From the IMG/VR virus record IMGVR_UViG_3300028654_000009: a stretch of 64,000 nucleotides of DNA; one strand, 5' to 3'. The notes below the pieces were generated by a model that did not search any database, was not told the origin of the DNA, and was given only the letters and a program-made list of their open reading frames with translations. Of the stretch, positions 27,822-36,774 are shown in pieces. A program made the translations under genes and the position numbers. The stretch is from a virus. The number at the start of each line of letters is the position of its first letter. The stretch's first letter is position 1.

Positions 27822-27827
27822 AATCTT
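27822..27827 (+). promoter_or_regulatory. Late-promoter box AATCTT
   Basis: 5 nt before GTG 27833. Confidence 0.75.
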
Positions 27828-27832
27828 ACTTT

Positions 27833-30421
27833 GTGAGCGATCAGAGCAAAACAATCAAAATCGGCGTTGCGATGGACGAGCAGGCCGCCCGGCGCACCGA
27901 GCGGACCCTCAACGATTTGATGCGGGCAGCCGAGAAGACCGGCTCGGCCTTCGCGGGGCTCCAAAGGAGCATGAATGGCGGGAGCGGGGGCAGCTTCACG
28001 GCGAACAAGACCGTTCCGGGTGTGGCCGGCGGACCCGGTAGCCAGTTCGCCGCAAAGACGGCCACAGCTCGGGGAGGCATCTTCGGGAACCTCCTCGGCG
28101 TCCAGGACACGGGGGCCATGCGCGGGCTGGTTTCGGGGACTCAGTCGGCATTTTCTTCTATCGGGACCGGCGTCAAGTCGTTCGTAGACCGGGCAATAGG
28201 AGATATTGGTCGACTATCGAGGGCAATTGCTGGGCTGGGGGCGGCTGGTGGTGGAGCTGGTGGTGGAGCTGGTGGGGGCGGTGGCGGGGGCGGCAGCAGT
28301 GGGGGAACAGGAGGAGGCAGTGGGCGGGGGCGACGGGGGACGGGGGTCATAGGCGGAATCAATGCGGCGAATGCTCTGGTTGGCGGCAACGTTATGGGAT
28401 TCCTGCAGTCCGGGGCCGGTACTTTGGGTCTGGCTGGGGCAGCTCTCTACGGCGGTTTCAAGCTCGGAGAAACTGTCAATACAGTGGTCTCGGGCGAACG
28501 CCAGGCGCGCATCGACTACACCACCGGAGACCCCTTCGCTGTCATGAGCCGCAAGGTGGCCATGGCGCAGCCGTTCCTGCAAATGCACGGAGCTGTCCAA
28601 GGCCGTGACGTATCCTCAATGTACGCCTTTCAGCGAGCAATGGCCAACAAGGGATTGCAAAAATCCCTCAACCAGATTGACCTTCGTACCGAGAGAGAGA
28701 TGCGGGGGATCGGGGCCGGCACGGCAACGTACGGTATAAAAAGCGGTATCAATGCGCTGAGGGGCTACGTACCCTCCCACAATGGCGTCATGGACCTAGT
28801 GACCAGAGGGCTCAACCAGACCTGGAATACCCTCAGCGGAGGCATGTGGGGAAAGGCTGTTTCAGCCGGTGGCTCCTATCTCAACAATACTGAGGGAACC
28901 ACTTCGGAAACCAAATTCGACCTAGAGCGCAAAGCTGCCCTAAACAACGTGGACGCCCAGTCGGCTGCACAGATGTCGGCCGCTATGGCCGCAGAGCGCG
29001 CGTTGATGAACCCAGTAATCGCTGACCAAGCCAACAAGATTTACGGTGGGGCGATGGGGCGCGTAGGCGCTATGCGGTCGATGGGAATGTCAGCTGGAGA
29101 GGTCACCCGACGGGGGCCTAACGGCCAGACCTATACCACCTCCCGGTTTGAAGAGATGGAGGCCAAGCTCATGAAGGGTGGGTGGACACACGGAGACGCT
29201 TCTTCTAACTGGCAACAAACATTGGGAATCGGCGCTGGATATTCCAGGATCACAGGGGGCGGCGGCCCTAATCCAATGCTGGTTTCTGCGGGCATGGCCG
29301 GATTCACCAACGCGGCATCTTTGATTCGAGCCGGAGGGGCTATGACTGGTTCTGTGGCTGGAGCTGGGGCGATGTATCGCGCGGCGCAATCTTCTATGGG
29401 GACTGGCGGGCTCGACGTTGCAGTAGGAAGAGACCTGTTCGGTGAGGTGGCGTCTTCGGCTGCCGCTTCTGGCAACTACGGGGGCTCGTCGGCCGCACAG
29501 AATTACGCTTCTGCAGCTACCGGGTTGATAGGTGGGTCTGGAGCCGATGTTGGCGGCCAGCAGAGAATGGCAGGTCAACTCTCGGGAGGCATGAATGACT
29601 TCGGGGCATTCACGTCAGGGGCCAAAGCACCACTTTATAAGGCTACTTCTCTTATGGCTGCTATCGGAGCTATGGGCGGCTACTCTCTTGGGGCTGAAGA
29701 GCTTCGGCGCCTCGATCCGAAACAGCTCACCGCCATAGCCCGTGGAGAGAAGGGGGCTGTGTCCCCAGCTCTTGCTTCTTTGGGTATCACCCCAGAAATC
29801 GCCGCCAAGTATCTCAAGGCCTCCGGCTCTGCTCCTTTGATGGAGGTGAACGCTTCTCGTGTTGGAGGCTCGGCGGGGGCTGTCGTCGCCGCATACCAAA
29901 AGGAAGTATCGACAGGTGGTACTGTTCAGACCATGGTAGAAAAAGCGGTGGGTCCGAGAGGCCATAATGAGAAAGCCTCCGACTACGCCAAGCGACGCTG
30001 GGCAAAGGTCCAAGAGATTACTGGACAGCTTGGCGCCGCCGCTCACGCCGCAGGGCTTGCCACTTCACTTGAGAGCGGTGCGGGTATGTTTTTGGGGCAA
30101 TTTACTCAATCCAAAGGCTGGGCGTCCGCACTCCACGGCAAGGGCGTAGGTGCTGCGGCTCCGACTGGGCTCGAAAAGGAGGCGCTTACAAAAACAGCAG
30201 AAGTGGTGGCTGACGACGGCAAGCAGGCTAAGGGCGCAGCTGACATCATCAAGAACGTCGATCCTCTAGCTCTCAGGAAAAAGGCGGCTGGCAGTGTGGC
30301 TTTGCTCGGGTCCGAAAGCTATGGGGCTGGTATCAACGGCTCGGTAGGCGCCCTCATCGGGGCGCTACAGGCGTTCGCGAAGGAAATTTCGAAGGACACT
30401 GGCCTCCAGAAGGTGAAGTAA
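27833..30421 (+). CDS. Tape measure protein
   Basis: 862 aa Ala/Gly-rich helical; precedes hub gene; AATCTT box 5 nt upstream. Confidence 0.7.
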   Translation: MSDQSKTIKIGVAMDEQAARRTERTLNDLMRAAEKTGSAFAGLQRSMNGGSGGSFTANKTVPGVAGGPGSQFAAKTATARGGIFGNLLGVQDTGAMRGLVSGTQSAFSSIGTGVKSFVDRAIGDIGRLSRAIAGLGAAGGGAGGGAGGGGGGGGSSGGTGGGSGRGRRGTGVIGGINAANALVGGNVMGFLQSGAGTLGLAGAALYGGFKLGETVNTVVSGERQARIDYTTGDPFAVMSRKVAMAQPFLQMHGAVQGRDVSSMYAFQRAMANKGLQKSLNQIDLRTEREMRGIGAGTATYGIKSGINALRGYVPSHNGVMDLVTRGLNQTWNTLSGGMWGKAVSAGGSYLNNTEGTTSETKFDLERKAALNNVDAQSAAQMSAAMAAERALMNPVIADQANKIYGGAMGRVGAMRSMGMSAGEVTRRGPNGQTYTTSRFEEMEAKLMKGGWTHGDASSNWQQTLGIGAGYSRITGGGGPNPMLVSAGMAGFTNAASLIRAGGAMTGSVAGAGAMYRAAQSSMGTGGLDVAVGRDLFGEVASSAAASGNYGGSSAAQNYASAATGLIGGSGADVGGQQRMAGQLSGGMNDFGAFTSGAKAPLYKATSLMAAIGAMGGYSLGAEELRRLDPKQLTAIARGEKGAVSPALASLGITPEIAAKYLKASGSAPLMEVNASRVGGSAGAVVAAYQKEVSTGGTVQTMVEKAVGPRGHNEKASDYAKRRWAKVQEITGQLGAAAHAAGLATSLESGAGMFLGQFTQSKGWASALHGKGVGAAAPTGLEKEALTKTAEVVADDGKQAKGAADIIKNVDPLALRKKAAGSVALLGSESYGAGINGSVGALIGALQAFAKEISKDTGLQKVK

Positions 30422-32430
30422 TGGCCTCCAAAGCTGCGCGCTATGATTTGATTCGGGAGTACCAGGCCTCCCTGAAGGACGACCTCAATGGAGTCAGCGA
30501 CCAGAGGTACATCTCACTGTCGCCAGCGTGGCTGATCGCTGTCATTCGGTTAGGGAAGCCTATCAGCTTTTCTCGACGCGAGTACAAGAGCGTAGGAGAC
30601 GTCAAAGAAGGCGCGTTCACCCGGAACGATATCCCCCTGCTGATTGACGAAGACTGCGTCCAGCTGTCGATCAGTAACCCCAAGGGCAGCCACACCAAAC
30701 ACCTGAATGCGACTCTCAAGAACTCTGGCACCAACTACCTAAACCAAGACGTACTGCTGCCAGGCGATTGGGTGATGGCCTGGATGTTCAATAACCGGGA
30801 AGACCTGTCTCGCATCAGGCAGCAGGTTTTGGACCGCAAGCCTTGCAACAACTTCACCGACGGACTCAAGTTCGTAGGCCGGGCCCACTCGATTCGCAAG
30901 CACATATCTGTGTCAGCCGAGGGCCAACGTGACTCCGGGTTTTCTCTGCAGTGTGTTGGTTTCGAAGAATTGGACAGCAACTTCTTTTATGACATGGCGC
31001 TGGCCACCAGCGCTGGCGTAAGCAACGAAATCTCTCTCTTCATGGCCCAACTTGGGCTCGACTTTAGTAAGTGGGCGAACCAGGAAGAACAGGCCGCAGG
31101 CGTTCTCAAAGACAACGCTGACCGACTAATTGAGACGATGATTGATACCATTGTCGGCAAGGGCGTGTCTGCAGAGGTCAACGCCCCAATCGAAGAGGGC
31201 GCAGCCCGTGCACACGCGCTAGACTCTTCGGCGACCTCGGGATTCTCGGAACTAAAGATAGCTCCACAGGCCAACAAAGAGGCGCCTTACGCCTACCTGG
31301 TCCCCCGGGACGTGGGCTCACTTTTGGGCCTCAGCACCATCGAGGCAACGAAGTCCGGCATCTATGGTTACGCCGATATTCTGGAAACGCTCATCGGGGT
31401 CCAGAAGTACGACCCGAGCGTCAACAACGCCTCGGGGATCTTCGTGCCCGCCTTGTTCTATCCCGAGGTCACCGGCACACAGTCTCGACGCAGGACCGAC
31501 ATCAAGCTGAAGGGCACCTTCTTGCCCGTCAATCCGTCGTTCGTCAATAGACCTCTGTGGACCTTGCTACAGCAATTCCTAAACGACACCATCAATGAGA
31601 TGTATACTGCCCTGAAAGTGAACCCTGACGGGGCGGTGGTGCCCACCGTGGTTGTCAGGCAGATTCCTTTCACGACCGAGTCCCTGGTGGAGCGCCCCGA
31701 GTTCCCTGTCACGCGGTTTATGGAGCTGCCCAGGTGGGTTGTCTCCCCCACCATGATTTGGAACATTGATGTGGGAAGGTCCAACGCGACACGAGCCAAC
31801 ATGATCCATGTCTACGGAGAGGCCACCACATCGGGGACCTCCATCGGGGACGTCACGACCCAAATGGTCCGCAACCCACCCATTTTTGACAGCACGGATA
31901 TCCAGCGCTCGGGCATCCACGCCATGATGAAGACTGTGAACTGTGCCCTGGAAGACGCCCAGCGCACCGATGGCGCACGAATCTGGATGGAGGCCATCGC
32001 AGACTGGACTTTCGGCTCTCACCTCACCTTGAACGGCTCCGTAAGCCTGGTGGGCATCCAGAGTCCAATAGCCGAAGGCGATAACTGCGAAATTGACGGC
32101 ATGGTCTACCACATCGAGGAAGTGTCCCACACCTGCTCAGTCGCAGCTGGTGGCCAGAAGCAATTCCGGACTAACCTCCACTTGTCAAACGGCATGCCGG
32201 CGAACCAGGACGGCGCCACCGCTGACTTCCCGGTCTACCCCGGATTCACCAACGCGGGCTCTATTCAGGGCTCCAAGAAACACGCCGTGAACGTCGAACA
32301 TGACACGGGCCAGGGTTTCACGTGGACCGAAGAAGTCCAACAGGAAACCGCTGGCGATGTCGATACCAAGACGGTCGGAGACGACTCGATTCTAGAGTCT
32401 CAGGACCCCGGGTTCACTTCGTCTCGGTAA
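30421..32430 (+). CDS. Baseplate hub protein
   Basis: Coupled to tape measure; NEMY, C-terminal LNGSVSLVG...YHIEEVSH...TNLHLS typical of hub proteins. Confidence 0.75.
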   Translation: MASKAARYDLIREYQASLKDDLNGVSDQRYISLSPAWLIAVIRLGKPISFSRREYKSVGDVKEGAFTRNDIPLLIDEDCVQLSISNPKGSHTKHLNATLKNSGTNYLNQDVLLPGDWVMAWMFNNREDLSRIRQQVLDRKPCNNFTDGLKFVGRAHSIRKHISVSAEGQRDSGFSLQCVGFEELDSNFFYDMALATSAGVSNEISLFMAQLGLDFSKWANQEEQAAGVLKDNADRLIETMIDTIVGKGVSAEVNAPIEEGAARAHALDSSATSGFSELKIAPQANKEAPYAYLVPRDVGSLLGLSTIEATKSGIYGYADILETLIGVQKYDPSVNNASGIFVPALFYPEVTGTQSRRRTDIKLKGTFLPVNPSFVNRPLWTLLQQFLNDTINEMYTALKVNPDGAVVPTVVVRQIPFTTESLVERPEFPVTRFMELPRWVVSPTMIWNIDVGRSNATRANMIHVYGEATTSGTSIGDVTTQMVRNPPIFDSTDIQRSGIHAMMKTVNCALEDAQRTDGARIWMEAIADWTFGSHLTLNGSVSLVGIQSPIAEGDNCEIDGMVYHIEEVSHTCSVAAGGQKQFRTNLHLSNGMPANQDGATADFPVYPGFTNAGSIQGSKKHAVNVEHDTGQGFTWTEEVQQETAGDVDTKTVGDDSILESQDPGFTSSR

Positions 32431-32742
32431 TTACAGCAAGCCCTCCTTGAAGGCCTGCTCCAGCTCGTCTCTCGAAAACACAGCGCCGGCAGGCTTACCG
32501 GCCAGAAGCTTCATCCGTGCCTGGACAAAGAGGTCATGCTGCCAATCTCTCACGACCGCCTCCAGAAGCGCCAGCTTGGTGGCTAGGGCTTCGGCGTTTT
32601 CTTCGCTCAGCACGTTGGCCACTGCCGCCTGCAAGCAATCGGCGTGTGTCACACGGTTTTCTCTTCGAGCCCTGTCCAGGCTGTTATTCTGGATGGTCGC
32701 CTGCGTGGCAAACATCCCGCCATTGCGTGTCCCGTTTTCCAT
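32431..32742 (-). CDS. Hypothetical protein
   Basis: GGAGG SD. Confidence 0.5.
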   Translation of the reverse strand: MENGTRNGGMFATQATIQNNSLDRARRENRVTHADCLQAAVANVLSEENAEALATKLALLEAVVRDWQHDLFVQARMKLLAGKPAGAVFSRDELEQAFKEGLL

Positions 32743-32743
32743 C

Positions 32744-32941
32744 TCAATCCTCCAAGTCTGTGTCCCATCCCGACATATCGGGCAATCTTTTCCTTGGTTC
32801 CTCCAGCCGCTTCTTTACCGCCATCGGCGAATAAACAGCGACTGGTTCCGGATGAACGTGATCGTCCATGCCCTCTAATTGCGGGCTGCAGCCACCACCC
32901 AGAATCGCCCAACACACCGCAAAAATCAAAGCTTTTTTCAT
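32744..32941 (-). CDS. Small lipoprotein
   Basis: MKKALIFAVCWAILGGGC; GGAGG SD. Confidence 0.55.
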   Translation of the reverse strand: MKKALIFAVCWAILGGGCSPQLEGMDDHVHPEPVAVYSPMAVKKRLEEPRKRLPDMSGWDTDLED

Positions 32942-32991
32942 TGATGTCCTCCCGACCGGCAGCGGCCGGGGGAACATGCTCTCGACTTTTG

Positions 32992-34083
32992 CTAGTGTCG
33001 CTCCGTTCCTCCCTTACGGAGGAGATAGTCCGACCCTACTAGCTTAAGCACCAAACGCGGCTTGTCAAGGGTTTCATGTACCCTACGGACTACAACCCCC
33101 TCCCGAATGTGACTCCCGCGACCCAGATTCGTCTTGCCATTCTGCAGTGACTCGATAAAGGCCTTGTTGAAGGAGCCCAGGTACATTTCGGGGACCAATG
33201 AAAGCCCAGCCTCCCAAACCGCCTCGTTCCGGTCGCGCAGGCTCAACCAGCACTTGTTGACGGTGTCATAAACGTCGAACACCTTCATCCCAAGCCGCGT
33301 ATCGTACGCAAGGTCCTGGACACCATTGCCATAGATTTCGGCGTAGAAGGCGAGGCCCAGGGGGAGAGCCTTATCGAGCTTCAGCTCGCGCACGGCTCGC
33401 CAGTAAACAGAGTTGTCTTCCTTGCGAATGACCTTGTGTGAAGATACCACCAGCTCGCCCTTCTTGCCGACCCGCCCGAATACAAAGTTGGTCCCGTGGA
33501 TTTTTTCGGTAACCTCCACCAGCTCTCCAGGCTCGAACAGCCCATGGTACTTCCGAAAATTGTCGAGGTCATAGACGGGGAAGGGTCGGGGCTGGGCCTT
33601 GCGGCGCTTCTGGGGGAGACCCAGGAAACGGCGGACACGCCAAGCCAAGCGCTCCCAAAACGTCGGTGGCTCCTTTGGCTCGGGGACGAATTCCTCAGGC
33701 TCTTCGTACTTGGTGATTTTGAGAGCCTCAGCCAGCCTGACAGACCCCTCCAGGGCCTGGAGGAAGGAACCCCTCACGCTGTCACCGGTCTCCACCCGGG
33801 GCCCGATCAGAATCCCCATCGAGAACACGCCGCGAAGCTTCTTGGCCTTGACCCGGTGCTTTCCGCTCTTGAATTCCAGGAAGCTGAGGTGGTTCTTCAC
33901 CCAGGGCTCGTTCTCGGGGATGACAGCCTCGACCGGGATGTAGATCGCCAGGTCACCCTCCTTGAAGTCGCCAGTACGAAACACGACGGGCTGGCCTTCG
34001 ACCTCGGTAATCGAAAGGGTGTCAGCGTTAGGATGCTTGGTGATGGCGCCGATTCGGACGCACGGTACGACAAACTCAGACAT
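32992..34083 (-). CDS. RNA ligase (Rnl2-like, DRB0094 family)
   Basis: N-terminal HPNAD OB-like domain; TEKIHGTN, AEIYG, FDV, REGVVV, LKL motifs. Confidence 0.9.
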   Translation of the reverse strand: MSEFVVPCVRIGAITKHPNADTLSITEVEGQPVVFRTGDFKEGDLAIYIPVEAVIPENEPWVKNHLSFLEFKSGKHRVKAKKLRGVFSMGILIGPRVETGDSVRGSFLQALEGSVRLAEALKITKYEEPEEFVPEPKEPPTFWERLAWRVRRFLGLPQKRRKAQPRPFPVYDLDNFRKYHGLFEPGELVEVTEKIHGTNFVFGRVGKKGELVVSSHKVIRKEDNSVYWRAVRELKLDKALPLGLAFYAEIYGNGVQDLAYDTRLGMKVFDVYDTVNKCWLSLRDRNEAVWEAGLSLVPEMYLGSFNKAFIESLQNGKTNLGRGSHIREGVVVRRVHETLDKPRLVLKLVGSDYLLRKGGTERH

Positions 34084-34095
34084 GGGGACCTTCCT

Positions 34096-34329
34096 TTACT
34101 TCTTGCCGGCAGAAGCCGCCGTCGGGCAGTAGAAGTCACAGAACAAAGTGATGGCCGGAGCGAAAAGGGTCCCGATGAAAATCGCCCCCATGGCCACGTT
34201 CCGGGCCGACACCTTATACCCCTCGTGTGGGTCTTGAACGCCGACACACTCTCCATATTCGTTGGAGCTGGTGCAGGCGGAGGTGGACAGGGCGAGAACG
34301 AGACTGAGGGCGAGAGCAAGCTTCTTCAT
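34096..34329 (-). CDS. Small lipoprotein
   Basis: Signal peptide ending TSAC; YGECVG. Confidence 0.65.
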   Translation of the reverse strand: MKKLALALSLVLALSTSACTSSNEYGECVGVQDPHEGYKVSARNVAMGAIFIGTLFAPAITLFCDFYCPTAASAGKK

Positions 34330-34377
34330 GGGATCTCCTTTGGTTTTCGATCTTGGTCGGGATCATGATACATCAGG

Positions 34378-34665
34378 TTATCGAGTTGTCAAGCGCTCCT
34401 CTTCGATAAGCTCGTCGATAATTTGGTTCGAGAGGGCGACCTCATCGTAAAAACGCTCGATCGCCTTCCTGGCCAGCAGGAAGTTTGGGTAAGACTCGGT
34501 GTTAATGGCTTCCCACGGGGTCCAGGTGCCGCATACAGCCTCGCAGCGGTCAATCCTCCACCCACCGGCCTCCTTGATGCCACGGACAGCGTGCGTCGCC
34601 TTGCCAACCTTGACGAAGCCGAACATGTACTTGTCGGAGCGGGGCTCGAACTTGATGCTTGACAT
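34378..34665 (-). CDS. Hypothetical protein (leaderless early)
   Basis: TTGACG...TAGGAT promoter 6 nt upstream of ATG. Confidence 0.55.
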   Translation of the reverse strand: MSSIKFEPRSDKYMFGFVKVGKATHAVRGIKEAGGWRIDRCEAVCGTWTPWEAINTESYPNFLLARKAIERFYDEVALSNQIIDELIEEERLTTR

Positions 34666-34711
34666 AGACTCATCCTACCATTCTTTTGAGAGTCGTCAAG
34701 TACTTTTAGGC

Positions 34712-34808
34712 GCTCACCCTCCTCCGCACATCAAACCAGGCGATAACCAAAAGGTTTCGTGATTCCTGGTTACCAACGTTTTATGGCACCAAATGCAGGG
34801 AGGAGAGC
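34712..34808 (-). ncRNA. Unclassified structured RNA abutting tRNA-Tyr 3' end
   Basis: Complementary ends and internal AACCAGG/CCTGGTT stem; no ORF. Confidence 0.4.
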
Positions 34809-34892
34809 TGGTTGGTGAGGCAGGACTCGAACCTGCGAAGCCGAAGCGCGGGATTTACAGTCACGACCCTTTGCCACTCGGGTCACTCACCA
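34809..34892 (-). tRNA. tRNA-Tyr(GUA), slightly atypical
   Basis: Cloverleaf with CTGTAAA loop, long variable arm, GGTTCGAGTCC T-arm, encoded CCA. Confidence 0.85.
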
Positions 34893-34898
34893 GTAAGG

Positions 34899-35087
34899 TT
34901 AATAGTCGCGCCCGGTACCTTTGGGCGCGTTGAGGTCCGCGAAATCTTGGGCCACCAGGCCGGCAGCGATATGGAGGTCGGCGGCCAGGTCCATCAAGGT
35001 CTGGAGGTCGTCTCCGTAGTATTCGTCAGCCGCTTTGACTGCTTGGGCCAAGAGCTTAACAGACTCTTTCATCTTCATGTCGATCAT
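34899..35087 (-). CDS. Hypothetical protein
   Basis: ORF between RNA genes with AAAGG SD. Confidence 0.5.
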   Translation of the reverse strand: MIDMKMKESVKLLAQAVKAADEYYGDDLQTLMDLAADLHIAAGLVAQDFADLNAPKGTGRDY

Positions 35088-35109
35088 TGGGTGCCTTTCT
35101 TAAAAAAAT

Positions 35110-35232
35110 GAATAGACCTGCGTTTTAGCAGTGGGGCTAGCGACTTCCCCTCACTTTCACTTGTACGTTTGGGTTGCTATCCCAGGGTCCTTCTCTGAGG
35201 TGCCCGCGCAAGTCTTAGCTCCAGGTCTATTC
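35110..35232 (-). ncRNA. Unclassified structured RNA
   Basis: 11-bp terminal inverted repeat GAATAGACCTG/CAGGTCTATTC followed by U7. Confidence 0.5.
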
Positions 35233-35235
35233 AAA

Positions 35236-35305
35236 GGTCCCCGGGGCGAGCGTTAAACTCGCGTCTCCGCGCCCATGCACGGTGTCCTTACTAGACGACC
35301 CAGGA
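35236..35305 (-). tRNA. Aberrant tRNA-like gene (6-nt anticodon loop CATGGG)
   Basis: All four stems pair; T-loop is TTTAACG. Confidence 0.5.
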
Positions 35306-35315
35306 AATTGAGTGT

Positions 35316-35389
35316 TTGTGCTGGCAGGAGTCGAACCTGCAACAATCCGCCAATAAGGCGGTCGTTTTGCCAGTTGAAACTACAACACA
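35316..35389 (-). tRNA. Aberrant tRNA, nominal anticodon UAU (Ile)
   Basis: Canonical acceptor, D and T arms; loop CTTATTG. Confidence 0.65.
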
Positions 35390-35396
35390 AACATCG

Positions 35397-35467
35397 GGGA
35401 CCCGGCAGGATTCGACCCTGCACCTCAGGCCTTAACGGCTTGAGTTCTACCATTAAACTACGGGTCC
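35397..35467 (-). tRNA. Aberrant tRNA, nominal anticodon UUA (or shifted Asn GUU)
   Basis: Perfect acceptor stem GGACCCG/CGGGTCC; loop CGTTAAG; T-loop GTCGAAT. Confidence 0.6.
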
Positions 35468-35473
35468 CGTAAC

Positions 35474-35755
35474 TCAGTAACGATAAGAGCTGCTATCAAA
35501 GGCCACAGCAGCCACCTGGACTTCGCTCGTTAGTCTATCAACCTGATCTTGAAGCTCGCGGATTTGAGCCCGCATGGTATCCAAAAGTGGAACTACAGCC
35601 GCCAGAGCGGTCGAACCAGCGGGGGCAAAGCTGGCGACACAGTCGCTGCACCAATACCGGTTCACTCCGTCAGAGTCTTGCCGGACGACATAACAATCCG
35701 CGTCGGGTGGTGTTCTGTAGACGTACACCTGCTTCCCACAAAGCCCGTGACTCAC
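35474..35755 (-). CDS. Zinc-finger/coiled-coil hypothetical protein
   Basis: GTGA-coupled start; CSDC. Confidence 0.5.
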   Translation of the reverse strand: MSHGLCGKQVYVYRTPPDADCYVVRQDSDGVNRYWCSDCVASFAPAGSTALAAVVPLLDTMRAQIRELQDQVDRLTSEVQVAAVAFDSSSYRY

Positions 35756-35973
35756 AGCGGCCTCCAGCAAGCGTGGCAGTCGTGGAGGCCCATACGGCGG
35801 GCCAGCTCGAAGCCCACGGCCGCCAGCTCGTCGTGATAGAAGCCCAGCTTCGGGGTGTGATACCCTGCTGCGTTCAAGCGCTCCTGGATGTGGATGACCT
35901 CCAAGAGGTCCTTGCGGACGTACAGGAGGGAATCGGTCGACATCTTCTTGGCAGACTCTTGAGTGATTGGCAT
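35752..35973 (-). CDS. Hypothetical protein (leaderless early)
   Basis: TTGACA...TATCAT promoter just upstream. Confidence 0.6.
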   Translation of the reverse strand: MPITQESAKKMSTDSLLYVRKDLLEVIHIQERLNAAGYHTPKLGFYHDELAAVGFELARRMGLHDCHACWRPL

Positions 35974-36009
35974 AAGAGAATGATACCTCGTGTTTTGAGA
36001 CTGTCAAAT

Positions 36010-36282
36010 TTATTCTTCGGTGGCTTCTGCAACGTCAACTTCCGCAATCAGAAAAGCCCGGCGCGCGGCTTCGTTTTGGGTAAGGACCCCCAAAAACCCT
36101 GGATCATCCTCGGCGAAGACATAGTCAAACGGCGAAGAGACGATCGTCCTTATAAACTCTTCCCCGGCGTCCTTGACCCAAGCCAGGGCAAGAACGGGAA
36201 TGGAATGCACCTCGCCATCTTCACGGAAGAAGGCTTCGAGACCGGCTGGGGGCGGAAGAAGCTGTTGGATTCTGTTTGCCAT
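36010..36282 (-). CDS. Hypothetical protein
   Basis: ORF with AAGGG SD. Confidence 0.55.
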   Translation of the reverse strand: MANRIQQLLPPPAGLEAFFREDGEVHSIPVLALAWVKDAGEEFIRTIVSSPFDYVFAEDDPGFLGVLTQNEAARRAFLIAEVDVAEATEE

Positions 36283-36425
36283 TTTATACCCTTGCGTAGC
36301 GGGGGCCCGAATAAAAACACACGCATCTTACCAACCCGGTGGCCAATCCAGGGCAAGCGGTCCTCCGGCCGGAGGACCTTTGCGGCGTGTCTGCATCTTG
36401 ACCCGGTTTTGTGCCGGATCGAAAG

Positions 36426-36774
36426 TGGAGATGTGGGGAGTCGAACCCCAGTGTTGAAGAGCTACAAACTTGCTACTACGTGTGTTTCTCGCGCTTTATT
36501 TTCGTCACCCGGGACCCCACGAGAAGGAGCCTGGACGCTTTGTCCGCCTATTCTCGCCCCAATCATGGCAGACAGGTTCTTGGGGCATATCCCTGTGAAT
36601 GACCAATCCCTAGAGTACGGGCACCCTCTAGTTCATGGGCTCGGCGGTTCTTTAGGCCGCGAGAGCGAACGACTGCTCGTTAGCAGGTATTACTTTGTCC
36701 GTTTTTACGAGGCCTCGGACACCTCGACACGCAACTCATTTTTCACTTACTTCAGTCGAAACCAGTTCATCCCC
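36426..36774 (-). ncRNA. ssrA: tmRNA, tag peptide ANEQSFALAA*
   Basis: 5' GGGGATGAACTGGTTTCGAC, 3' GGTTCGACTCCCCACATCTCCA with G3.U70 pair; tag ORF at 36652-36684. Confidence 0.97.

Noticed and set aside
28225-28345. G-rich tract as a G-quadruplex or regulatory repeat
   Set aside because: Explained by a poly-Gly segment of the tape measure protein.
35397-35467. Ochre suppressor implying stop-codon reassignment
   Set aside because: Known genes are intact under the standard code and many end in TAA with TAATG coupling. G33 and G54 make efficient decoding doubtful.
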